Source of the DNA: Octopus sinensis
Lineage: Eukaryota
DNA length: 22,017 nucleotides
Reading direction: 5' to 3'
Assembly: GCF_006345805.1 (NCBI RefSeq)
Contig: NW_021836996.1
Coordinates: 1-22,017, forward strand
Shown: positions 10,183-20,906 of the stretch, in pieces
Position numbering within the stretch: the stretch's first letter is position 1
How the letters are laid out: each line of letters begins with the position of its first letter
Position numbers and translations under genes: made by a program
The notes under the pieces: generated by a model
The model's database searches: none
Seen by the model: only the letters and a program-made list of their open reading frames with translations
Told to the model about the DNA's origin: nothing

Positions 10183-10491
10183 TCTATATATGGAAGATCC
10201 TTAAAGGGCTCGCACCACACCTCGATATTGAGAGTTATAGAAATTGCAGGACTAGATGCTGTCGAAGATCAGAATGATTAGGGCGATGAGGATGTCCCCA
10301 GGAAGACTCAGCCAATAACTTATAGCTAGTTGTTATGTCCGTAGACAATTATATAAACGCGTTTAGTTGTTCACATAGATATCTCTGTTCCGGATACTTA
10401 TCGGTGGTCCAGGTACCCTGCTGTTTGTCTAGATATGATTCAGTGGTCCAAGTATCCAATGGCGGTTCACATAAACACCACTGGTCTAGAC

Positions 10492-10556
10492 CAGGGGTGG
10501 GGAAACCACCCACAGGCACAGTTGCACCCGCGTGTCCGTTTTATTGTGCCCGCAGG
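10492..10556 (+). mobile_element. hAT/Charlie-like left end fragment
   Basis: CAGGGGTGGGGAA preceded by GTCTAGAC (NTCTAGAN Charlie-type target site); right end not found. Confidence 0.5.
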
Positions 10557-10570
10557 CTGATATACTCATA

Positions 10571-10662
10571 TACTCTTTTACTCTTTTACTTGTTCCAGTA
10601 ATTTGACTGTGGCATGGCCGCAGTCAAATGACTGAAACAAGTAAAAGAGTAAAAAGAGAGTA
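10571..10662. repeat. Palindrome made of two inverted SINE-A 3' ends
   Basis: TACTCTTTTACTTGTTCCAGTAATTTGACTGTGGC-AT-GGCCGCAGTCAAATGACTGAAACAAGTAAAAGAGTA. Confidence 0.85.
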
Positions 10663-10800
10663 ACTATCGCATAAATATAGCAACCATCGTATCAATATAG
10701 AAATATAGCAATCTAGTCAATGTAGCAAACGTCACATTAAAATAGCAACAAGTACATTAATATAACAACGATCACATCAATATAGCAATCATCGCATTAA
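10662..10800 (+). repeat. Degenerate ~20-bp minisatellite (AACNATCACATYAATATAGC)
   Basis: About seven diverged units ending in AATATAGC/AATGTAGC/AATATAAC. Confidence 0.75.
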
Positions 10801-11090
10801 GTAAAAGAGAGACTGTGATAACACGATATCTTAAATTGCGACATAGAGTATGTATATGATATAAGCTACTTTTGATAGAAGGACATTCAATTTATGGACA
10901 GATTGATCTGTTTATCGTCAAAGTAACTTTCTGAGTATCGTATTTAATGGCATACAAGACACAAGTTAAAAAAGAAAAGTCTAAAAACGATCACTCCGAG
11001 TCCTATATGTGGAGCTGGGCCTCTCATGAGATTTAATACACTAAAATCTTTTTATGGGTACTCGCTATTGAAATTGGGGTACATCTAATA

Positions 11091-11400
11091 TCTTTTATCT
11101 TTTCCCTCTTCTGCTTGTTTATCAGCTGCGACCCTGCTGGGGCACCACCTTGAAGAATTTTTAGTCGAGCGAATCGAACCCAGTATTTATGTTTTTAAGG
11201 CACACACACACACACACGCGCACACACACGCACTACACCCACACATACACACGACGGGTTTCTTTCAGTTTCCGTCTATCAAATCCACTCACAAGGCTTT
11301 GGTCGGCAATAATAGAAGACACTTGCCTAAGGTGCCACGCAGTGGGTCTGAACCCGGGACCATGTGGTTGCGAAGCAAAATTCTTAACATAGCCATGCCA
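11091..11400 (-). mobile_element. tRNA-derived SINE, family A, diverged copy
   Basis: AAATCCACTCACAAGGCTTTGG, AAGGTGCCACGCAGTGGG and GAACCCGGGACCATGTGGTTG match the reverse complement of 1422-1580. Confidence 0.85.
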
Positions 11401-12405
11401 TGTGTCTTTTATGCCATCAAATACGGTCATGATATAATATAGACGATCCGAGGAGAAAGTGTGGGACCAAGAGGTGAGATTGGTCAGAAATTAAAGTGTA
11501 AGGATCCCTGTCGTTAGGGATATAATTTTCTGTCTAAATTTTTGCAACAGATACATATTCTTCTAATAAATAAATCTTTCATATACACTAGTTGACTAAA
11601 CAGATTGCAGTATATTAGTGGAACCAATTATTAGGAGATAAAAAACCCAAATCGATCTAAATGAGAACTGAACTCAGAATATAAACATCACCAACTAGAT
11701 ACAATGAAATATCAATTGCTACTTTCAGCTTTATTTCATTACCTTACCAGCGTAACAGTTGTTTCAGAGATAAGCATGGAGTCTTAGATTCACAGAATAA
11801 AAAAATTAAGGCATAAGACAATTAGGGACGTAAATGAGGTGAAATGTCTACTGCTGGCTTCAACTTGACCTCACTGGAACGTATTCCGTATTTTTCTCTA
11901 TATGTTCTGATAACATAACAATGTCGGCAGTCATGTAAAGGACAGTTACTCAGAACGAGGCTCAATTCAGATGTGTCTTACATATTGCTTTACATCCAGA
12001 TTTATATCATTATTCCACTCTCATTTAAAGATATTACCACGCAATTTCCGGCTCACTCGATCTAGCAGGGCTGATCAGTTAAAAATGATTGACGCAGCCG
12101 ATACATCCGCAATAGATATAGCTATTATCGTTCTAACTTGTTCGTGATAGATGATAATTCATCAAGATTTGACCATCTTCGGCTTCTGTGTTTGTTTTTC
12201 ATTAAAATGGAATTTTTGTTACTTTCTGCTGCCTACTTGCAGGAATACCGATAATTACAGAACGGTGCAGAGTCAGTGTGTATCTGTTTGTTTTATCGAC
12301 CGTAGCTGGGAGGCGCCCTGAAGAGATACGCACGCAATGACTACGAATATAGTACGATATATATGTATGGAAGTATGCTCGTATGTCTGTCTGCGTGCTA
12401 GTACA

Positions 12406-12532
12406 TACACACACACACACAACACACACACACACACACATATATATATGTATATATATGTATGTATATATATATATATATATGTATATACATATATATA
12501 TGTGTATGTATTTATGTATGTATATATGTGTT

Positions 12533-12577
<45 letters not shown>

Positions 12578-12739
12578 TTATTTATTTATATATGTAGGTT
12601 TTATGTATGTTGTATGTATGTATTTGTATACGTGTGTGTATATATATCTATATATGTGTGTGTGTGTGTATGCATGTTTATGTGTATGTATGTGTTATCG
12701 TATATATATATATATATATATATGTACATATATAGTTTA

Positions 12740-12785
<46 letters not shown>

Positions 12786-12825
12786 TAAACTCTCATACAC
12801 ACACGAATGCACATATACATGTATG
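12406..12825. repeat. Long compound (CA)/(TA)/(TG)/(TATG) microsatellite
   Basis: Directly visible; explains ORFs 12202-12826. Confidence 0.95.
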
Positions 12826-13024
12826 AGAGACACTATGCATAATATAAAACATTTTTCATGTGAAATATTATAAGCTTCTGTATCATATGAATTAATACTT
12901 TAACAAAAACATGCATGCATATCGCAAGAAGATATATATTCACGGGTATATATGAATATGCCTTTGTTATTGTAATTTATATATATATATATATATCTAT
13001 ATATATATATATATATATATTACA

Positions 13025-13180
13025 GGCGCAGGAGTGGTAAGAAGCTTGCTTCCCAACCACATGATTCGGGGTTCAGTCCCTATACATGGCACCTTGGGCA
13101 AGTGTTTTCTATTATAGCCTCGGGCAGACCAAAGCCTTGTGAGTGGATTTGGTTCACGAAAACTGAAAAAAGCCCGTCGT
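13025..13180 (+). mobile_element. SINE family A, 5' half
   Basis: Matches 1422-1583 and stops at the internal (TA)n. Confidence 0.88.
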
Positions 13181-13256
13181 ATATATATATATATATATTC
13201 TTTTCTACTCTGGGAACAAGGCCCGAAAAAAATTTTTTGGGGGGGCAGTTGATATA

Positions 13257-13450
13257 TACTCTTTTACTCTTTTACTTGTTTCAGTCATTTGACTGCGGCT
13301 ATGCTGGAGCACCGCCTTTAGTCGAGCAAATCGACCCCGGGACTTATTCTTTGTAAGCCCAGTACTTATTCTATCGGTCTCTTTTGCCGAACCGCTAAGT
13401 GACGGGGACGTAAACACACCAGCATCGGTTGTCAAGCAATGCTAGGGGGA
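13257..13450 (-). mobile_element. SINE family A, 3' half
   Basis: Nearly identical to 18133-18326. Confidence 0.9.
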
Positions 13451-13485
13451 GTGAAAGCACGCTATAAAAATAAAACTACTGAATG

Positions 13486-13542
<57 letters not shown>

Positions 13543-13936
13543 GGCGAAAGAATTTGACAAAATCAGTGAATATAAAGACTTGCTAATAGAAATTGAAAAA
13601 GTGTGGCATCTCAAGCCGACTACAGTACCAGTGATTGTAGGAGCTCTAGGAATGATTAAAAAAGGTACTGAAACCTATTTGAAAATGATACCAGGCTTAC
13701 CTTCCCTACAGGAAGTGCAAAACATCGTGTTAACTGGAACGACTCATGTACTGAGAAGAGCATTATTGCTATGAAAACAACATCCATTCATGAATTTATT
13801 TATTTTTTAAATACATATTTTACCTGTGAGTTTGTGTGTGTAATCTGGGAATGCATACAATGAGCTTCTCTGCCCTAGGTATACGGAAAACACCCGGCGA
13901 GAAACGGAAGAAAATTTTGAAGAAAGAAGGGGGGGG

Positions 13937-13937
<1 letters not shown>
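13543..13937 (+). mobile_element. 5'-truncated Dong/R4-clade non-LTR retrotransposon (restriction-like endonuclease C-terminus plus 3'UTR) in a (TAA)n tract
   Basis: Frame reads AKEFDKISEYKDLLIEIEKVWHLKPTTVPVIVGALGMIKK...QEVQNIVLTGTTHVLRRAL* (stop at 13774), matching the K..KY.DL / VPVIVGALG RLE signature; (TAA)n on both sides. Confidence 0.85.
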
Positions 13938-13986
<49 letters not shown>

Positions 13987-13987
13987 C

Positions 13988-14024
<37 letters not shown>

Positions 14025-14950
14025 GTAATAATTGTTTCTTAGGCACAAGATCAGCGGAATATGTGACAATATTTTGCTGAACATCTAAGCAAGTGTTAAC
14101 ACACAGAGAAGTCCTCTTCTTTTTATAACAACGAGGTTCTTGCTGTAAACTGAATAGGAGAGTTGACCTTGGCAATGAAACTTATAATTGACTACACATC
14201 ATATTGTAAGAGATCAAGTGAGTGTGAATGAGTGCAGGCGCGCATGTACGTGTGTGCATGTGTGAGCATTTGTTTGTGTATGTATGCGTATGTGTGCATA
14301 TTTCGTGTGCATGTGTGTGTTTGTGCGTATACTAGATGCTTGTGTGTGTGTGTGTACGTGGTGGGTTTGTGTGTATGCTTAGCTTGTATGTGTGTGTGTG
14401 TGTATGCGTGTGTGTGCATGCGTGTGTATGTGTGAAAGGAGAAGGCTGCTTTATGCAAAAGAAAGCGGGGAAAATGGAAAAGAAAAGGGAAAATAACAAT
14501 GATGTCTTCTTGAGTTTTATTGTTTGGTGCTGCCATAGAAATATGGTCTCTAAGAACAGATAACTGCTTCGGTCAGGAGACAGCAGGATACTTCCCACGA
14601 CTGTTCCACCGCAAACGCCACTGTTCTGTATATTGGAGGGCGAAAAATATCCAATAATTTACTGATTTAAAGAAGAACAAATGAAGATAAAAATAAACTC
14701 AACTCCAACCGAACTCCAGTCTCGAAGATTTTGTCAATAACACAAGGCGATTGCTGTTAATTAAGGGCTTTAGTGAACCCCAGTATCGTCAAGTACTGGC
14801 TGACTCATGACGCAGAGTTTATAATCTGTCTGACGTTTTCAGTTGTAGCTATTTCACTTGACTTATGATAATATTACTCTTGAGCAAAATAAATAAATAG
14901 ATAAAATGAAAGTACGAACATCACACAGAAGACTCTCCTATAATCTGATC

Positions 14951-14985
<35 letters not shown>

Positions 14986-14988
<3 letters not shown>

Positions 14989-15014
14989 ATCCAGATTTCT
15001 GAGTACCTTATTTC

Positions 15015-15065
<51 letters not shown>

Positions 15066-15092
15066 AAATAAGGTACTCAGAAATCTGGATGG

Positions 15093-15185
<93 letters not shown>

Positions 15186-15213
15186 AAATAAGGTACTCAG
15201 AAATTTGGATGGT
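14986..15213. repeat. 33-bp motif in three copies (one inverted, two direct) separated by (TA)n
   Basis: TAAAGAAATAAGGTACTCAGAAATCTGGATGGT at 15061-15093 and 15181-15213 (1 mismatch); exact reverse complement at 14986-15018. Confidence 0.95.
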
Positions 15214-16057
15214 TTTATATTTACAGATTTCTATTAATATGTCACATGTTTTTATAAATCATATATTAGCGCTAGCATCCGCTCCAGTGGATTCCTCAGA
15301 TTGAATTTTTTGAGATTATATATCGTTGAGGAGATTATATATATCGTTGCTATTATGTTAAACTGTTGCCTGTCCAAATTTGGCTAAATGTATTTTTTTT
15401 TCAATATTTATTTTTGCTTGCAATAGCCGGTTCTTTTGGTCAAACTATCGTATCTCCAGCTGCTTCAGATGCCAAGATATCAAAACATGGAAAAGTGTAT
15501 ACAACGATTTTGCTATGGAATGGTGAAGCCATTTTTTCTGTTTTTTGAAAAAAGTCAAATGATTTGGGCTTACAACACTTTTGCATAATAGCAACGTTAT
15601 ATATATATTCAGAAATTTCAGAAATTTTGCATGACTGTATCCGAAAATTTCTTCACACAACTTGATAAAAAATTCAATATGAGCTATATGTAGACATGCA
15701 CAAATTCTGTAAGTTTAAAACCTTTCATCGGATCTCCATGAATCGAACTTTCTTCAATGCAATTAATCTTACAACCTCTTTTGTATCTACCCCTTTTGAT
15801 GTTTGGGAATTCTCTGATGTTTTTTCGGCTGACGAGTGCGAGCCATCTGTATTCACTGCATTTTTGTAGCTTATTAAAGATGTCCTCGTACGAAACGATC
15901 GTACCGAGATTTTAATCCATTCTTGTTGCTTTTTTCCTATTTGTAATCACCCCACTTGTTATATGGTTAACACCATATAAATTTCCGGTGCATCCTAGTT
16001 AAGGACCATATTCATGTGAATTCTTTAGAATTCACTAGAATCTCAATTACTTAACCG
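15181..16057 (+). mobile_element. Probable Penelope-like element remnant (non-coding) carrying a hammerhead ribozyme
   Basis: Block bounded by (TA)n tracts on both sides, containing a PLE-type hammerhead, with duplicated/inverted terminal motif. No RT or GIY-YIG ORF recognised; boundaries inferred. Confidence 0.5.
15823..15909 (+). ncRNA. Type I hammerhead ribozyme (Penelope-like-element type, palindromic stem III)
   Basis: Stem I TTTCGG/CCGAGA; core CTGACGA (15829-15835); stem II GTGCGAG/CTCGTAC, extendable by CATCT/AGATG; GAAA (15892-15895); stem III CGATCG; cleavage triplet GTA (cut after 15903). Confidence 0.82.
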
Positions 16058-16089
<32 letters not shown>

Positions 16090-16152
16090 CATACATACAT
16101 ACATACATACATACATACATGCATGCATACATACATACATACATACATACAT

Positions 16153-16218
<66 letters not shown>

Positions 16219-16342
16219 ATATATGTATATATATACATATAAAGGTGTATGCATACAACATATACATGAAATTCAATGAAGAAGCCTTGGATCTAGGTTA
16301 GAAACCGGCTCTTTATCTATTGACAAGAAATCTTGAAATAAA

Positions 16343-16677
16343 ACTCAGAGAGCGCAAACCTCCGACAAGGTAACACCAACGTCCTCTCAACGATTAGCTG
16401 GAGATTATTTTTAAAATGAGAATATCTGAAATAAACTCGAAAGAGAATACTAAAAATGAACACGACTGCTCTCAAAGATTAAGAAAAAAAACAGGAAAAA
16501 TAATCCAGAATCCTTGTTCTATACAGGATCGATCCTAAAATTTGATCAGTTCGTGCTAATCACGAGGCCAAACATCCCTGAAAGTTTCATCCGAATCTAT
16601 CCAGCGGTTCTTAAGATATCAACAACCAAACACGACTGGAAACAATACCTCCGCTTTCGCTAAGGCGGAGGTAATAA
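16343..16677 (-). mobile_element. Non-autonomous Helentron/DINE-1-like element, second copy
   Basis: Reverse-complement homologue of 2041-2413 (ATTATTACCTCCGCCTTAGCGAAAGCGGAGGTATTGTTT ... CGGAGGTTTGCGCTCTCTGAGT). Confidence 0.78.
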
Positions 16678-16730
16678 TTACATACATACATACATACATA
16701 CATATATACATACATACATACATACATACA

Positions 16731-16761
<31 letters not shown>

Positions 16762-17438
16762 GCTTTGTGTGTGTTTGTGTAAGCGTGTATCTGTGTGTAT
16801 GTGTGTTTATAAATGACCCTTCTATGCTCAAGTTCAATGATATTTTAAGGATATTCCATATTTTTTTGTTAATCTTTCAGGCTTAGCTGGCAACAGCAGA
16901 TCTTCTAAAACTAGTATTCCATTGTAATATAGTATTCGAGAAACAATTGGAGAAAATTGGTATCGGTCTGGGATTAATTGAAGAAGAATTACTACAAAAA
17001 CAGGTGTATCAAGTGTGTCAAATGTAGTTAAACGCTTGAAATACTTAGAAACATACAGCGAGTGGAGTGTTGGAGTTTGAACGAATATTACTGTCACCAA
17101 CTCCTCATTGCTTGACTCTACGCTTATTACTTACAAAGTGCCAGGCAAATATCATTCTATCCCGTTACCCACCATATTATAAGCTTTGTTAGTGTAGATT
17201 AGTGATTAGTGACACGCTATGGTCAGTGAGACACACCTGCATTAAACGTTCGGTCCGCAACACTAAACTGGACACGAGTAGAGGACACTGGTTGAATGAC
17301 ATGAGTGATATGTCAATGAATCAATCTTATCTATATATCCTTTGTGTGTATGTGTGTATGTGTGTGTGTGTGTTTGTGTGTATGTCCATAAAAAATATAT
17401 ATGTATGTATGTATGTATGTATGTGTGTACAGTTTTCC

Positions 17439-17500
<62 letters not shown>

Positions 17501-17603
17501 CATCTATCTATCTATCTATATTGCTAGCTAGCTAGCTAGCTATATATATATATTTTTGCATACCCTTGTTCCTGGCTGCCTGTGTGTGTTGTGTGTGTGT
17601 CTT

Positions 17604-17636
<33 letters not shown>

Positions 17637-17843
17637 GCAAAATATAAGTTATTCCTAGAGCGCACAATGTTCCTGAAGGTCAGCAATGGTCTTCCTCGCT
17701 ATAAAGAGATAGATATGTGCATGTCTGTATGAGTGTGTTTATGTGTATGCAACTACCATGTGAACTTGAGGCAGTATTTGATTAAAATAGTCATCTAGGT
17801 ATCATACTTAATGTATGATACCTAGATGTATGAAATTAATTGC

Positions 17844-17885
17844 GCTACATTGACAAGGGGCAATACCCCGAAACGAGTCTGTAGC
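17844..17885 (+). ncRNA. Degenerate minimal type I hammerhead ribozyme
   Basis: Perfect stem I GCTACA/TGTAGC, stem II GGGG-CAATA-CCCC, GAAAC-GA-GTC; the core reads TTGACAA instead of CTGANGA (two substitutions). Confidence 0.6.
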
Positions 17886-18132
17886 TGTCGGACTGGCAGT
17901 GTGAAGCGGCTGACCTCCCTTGTTCGAAGGTTATAATGGATACAGATCGTGTATCAATAGCTATCTTAAGGCGGTGGCCTCATGGAGCTGACCAGCGGCA
18001 GCGATTATTCTTATATCTATAAGAATGCCATATTAATATGGTGATAACAATTAATTTCCAGTAAACGCTGCCGTAATCTCTTTTATAGAGACTTAGTAAT
18101 TTTAATATTTCTATTAAACATGATTAGCTTAT

Positions 18133-18543
18133 TACTCTTTTACTCTTTTACTTGTTTCAGTCATTTGACTGCGGCCATGCTGGAGCACCGCCTTTAGTCG
18201 AGCAAATCGACCCCGGGACTTATTCTTTGTAAGCCCAGTACTTATTCTATCGGTCTCTTTTGCCGAACCGCTAAGTGACGGGGACGTAAACACACCAGCA
18301 TCGGTTGTCAAGCAATGCTAGGGGGACAAACACAGACACACAAACATATATACACACACACTTATATATATATATACATATATACGACAGGCTTCTTTCA
18401 GTTTCCGCCTACCAAATCCACTCACAAGGTATTGGTCGGCCCGGGGCTATAGCAGAAGACACTTGCCGAAGATGCCACGCAGTGGGACTGAACCCGGAAC
18501 CATGTGGTTGGTTAGCAAGCTACTTACCACACAGCCACTCCTG
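18133..18543 (-). mobile_element. tRNA-derived SINE, family A, near full length
   Basis: Reverse complement of 1422-1803 with (GTAAAAGA)n tail. Confidence 0.92.
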
Positions 18544-18627
18544 TATATATTTATAAATACACACACATATATATATATATGTAGATGTGTGAGTGTATGC
18601 GTTTGTATGCGTGTATATGAATGCGTA

Positions 18628-18720
18628 CATGTGTGGTTAAGAGCGCGTGCTACTAACCCCAAGGTTCCGAGTTCGACTCCAGTCGTTATTGTTATTGCGT
18701 ATTTTACCTTACATTGCGGT
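18628..18720 (+). mobile_element. Degenerate tRNA-like SINE head
   Basis: TGGTTAAGAGCG A-box-like and GAGTTCGACTCC B-box; no acceptor stem. Confidence 0.5.
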
Positions 18721-18790
18721 TCTCCCAGTTTTTTTTTTTTTTTAACGAGCATCTAACTTTATATGTGCGTAAATATGTGTGTATGTGTCT

Positions 18791-19123
18791 CAAGGCTGGA
18801 TTAAGAACCATAGAGGCCCTAAGCACTTAAAAGGTTTTGGTGCCTTCAAGAATATGTAAATGGTTCAAAATGTAAACAAAAATAATAGTTTTCTCCGTTT
18901 TTTTTTTAGTTTAAAGGCAAAGTGTTTGATGATATCATTAAAATTAATTTTATGTAAAACTTTTGCTTCTATACTTAATTGAGATAAGGCCTTACGAATA
19001 TTATTTTAGCAAGTTTAATGTGATTTCTTTTGTGCCGTAAACCATTTTCATTTCTGTGGTGCTCCCCATCCTTTGATGCCCTAAGCACGTGCTTATATTG
19101 CTTAATGGTTTAATCCAGTGATG
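18791..19123. mobile_element. hAT-like MITE
   Basis: Imperfect TIRs CAAGGCTGGATTAA / TTAATCCAGTGATG; repeated subterminal GCCCTAAGCAC; possible 8-bp TSD ATGTGTCT/GTGTGTGT obscured by (TG)n. Confidence 0.6.
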
Positions 19124-19399
19124 GTGTGTGTGTGTGTGTGTGTAAGTGTGTATGTAGGTAGGTATGCACATCTATCTATCTATATACGTACATACATAAT
19201 ACATACATAGATGCATACATACATACATACATACATACATACATACATACATACATACATACGTATGTATATATATATATACATTTAATTAGAAGATATG
19301 TTAACCTCGTGAAGGGGAATACTGGTTCAATAGCTAGTATTGCTGGGGAGCGAAATTCCCTTAAAACAATAGGTATATATTAAGCATGTAGTTTATATC

Positions 19400-20170
19400 C
19401 AGTTAAAAGAAGAAAAGAAAATGGAGATAAGGGTGTTAACATTTACTTATTACTAGCAGTATCGCCTGGCGTTGCTCGGGTTTGTTTCGACCCTTTAGAA
19501 AGTAAAAATTTTGCATTATGCAGCTTGTTATTCTCTTAAAGTGAACATTTTTCTGGTTGAAATACACCGAAAAATGGCGACACAGCGTTCAAAAAATCGT
19601 AAAAAATAGGGGTTTTCATAGAAAAAAAGTACCTTTTTGATGTAAATAATTTTTGGTGTTAACATGGTCCGATTTGAATTTTTCTTCTACGGAAGGAAGA
19701 CATGCCTTCTATCATACTCTCAATTTTGGTCAACTTGCACCACAGGGTCTCAGAGAAGATAGTGTTAGTTGAAGGCTACCAAACCTGCCATACTCGGACA
19801 ACTTCAGCTTTATATATATAGAGATTAACAAATTGGTCATCTTCACTTCTTACAGTCTTTAATACCCAATAATTTAATTACAAATTTGTACATTAAATTT
19901 GCATTTATGAGACATGAGCATAATTTCATCTGAGAAAAAAAATCATTTACCTTGGGATGTTATGTGTGGATCTATCAATTCATTTCAGCAGTTTTTTTGT
20001 TTTCTGATAAAATTATGCTCATGCCATTTATATATGCAAATTTAATGTAAAAATGTGTTAATTAAATTGAGTATTAATTCAAACGGCTGTAAGAAGCGAA
20101 GATGATCAATTCGTTAATAATAAATTATTGTTAACTTCCTTATCTTCATTTTCTTTTCTTCCTTTAGCTA
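19400..20170. mobile_element. Long-TIR foldback MITE (~170-bp diverged arms) interrupted by a Helitron
   Basis: Left arm 19400-19452 plus 19825-19942 matches the reverse complement of about 19993-20170 (e.g. GAAGAAAAGAAAATG, CATCTTC.CTTCTTACAG, ACATTAAATTTGCAT, CATGAGCATAATTT). Confidence 0.8.
19453..19824 (-). mobile_element. Non-autonomous Helitron
   Basis: Minus strand A|TCTCTATATATATAAAGCTGAAGTTGT ... ACAAACCCGAGCAACGCCAGGCGATACTGCTAG|T; same termini as 8399-8796. Confidence 0.85.
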
Positions 20171-20202
20171 TGTGTGTGTAGTATGAGAGAGAATAATTGG
20201 AA

Positions 20203-20310
20203 GCTTAGGTGTTTCACTCATAAACACACACATCGCCCGGTCTGAGATTCGAACCCGCGGTCCCTCGACCGCGAGTCCGCTGCTCTAACCACTAGGCCAT
20301 CTGCCTCCAC
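20203..20310 (-). mobile_element. SINE family B-related 5' fragment
   Basis: Minus strand GTGGAGGCAGATGGCCTAGTGGTTAGAGCAGCGGACTCGCGGTC...GGTTCGAATCTC. Confidence 0.85.
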
Positions 20311-20906
20311 TTTACTTAAAGTATTGCAGCTAAAGATAAAATTTCAAATAAAATAGATTTAGAAAATATTAGCTTTTATTTAAACTAAAAATTTTATTAC
20401 AAGTTATTACTTCTATTTGTTATTATTAGTTACTTCTATTAAAAATGAAAAAAAATAACTCAATAAAAATATTTTTTACACTTTAAAAAATTCCTTTTTT
20501 AATTATTAATTAATAATCAGAAATTTGAAAATAGGTTATAAAAAATAATAGTAGTACATAACTAGTACAATAAATAGAATAATAAAAAAATTAGTTATAT
20601 GTAACACTAAAAACTACCTATAACAACAAATTCACAGAAAAAGTTATTGCCGAGTCTTCACATTTTTAGTCTTGACCCAATGCCTATATTTTAAAAAATG
20701 AATTTGCCTACCATGTATACTATTTTACTTTGCATAAAACTTTAGCTATATTGGTACTTCTGGCTCTTATTTTTAAAGTATTCTAGTGTGGCAATATTTT
20801 AACAAAATGATGGTACCTTTTTATAATTATAATGTTACTTGGTAAATTAGAATCAAATAATTGTTAATATTCAAATTTTATCCTTAGCTGCAATATTTTA
20901 GGTAAA
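20311..20906. mobile_element. AT-rich MITE with ~38-bp TIRs
   Basis: TTTACTTAAAGTATTGCAGCTAAAGATAAAATTT versus reverse complement of the right end TTTACCTAAAATATTGCAGCTAAGGATAAAATTT. Confidence 0.72.

Noticed and set aside
12312-12360. CTGAAGA as a possible hammerhead core
   Set aside because: No stem II, GAAA or stem I partner follows.
16268-16320. ATGAAGA-AGCC..GGTT-AGAAACCGG hammerhead-like relic
   Set aside because: The core is altered, spacing is off and there is no convincing stem I; not supportable without a family consensus.
16834-17100. 88-aa minus-strand ORF and plus-strand LEKIGI..LLQK peptide
   Set aside because: No recognisable domain. The plus frame is short and stop-bounded, at most a decayed retroelement.
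218-18756. Many ORFs rich in HT/YI/CV/LSIY/poly-L/poly-I or overlapping SINEs
   Set aside because: They are translations of microsatellites or SINE bodies, with no splice or domain support.
19300-19376. ACCT..AGGGGAAT..ATTCCCTT-AAAAC..AGGT paired segments
   Set aside because: Hammerhead-like topology, but both core motifs are missing; too decayed to call.
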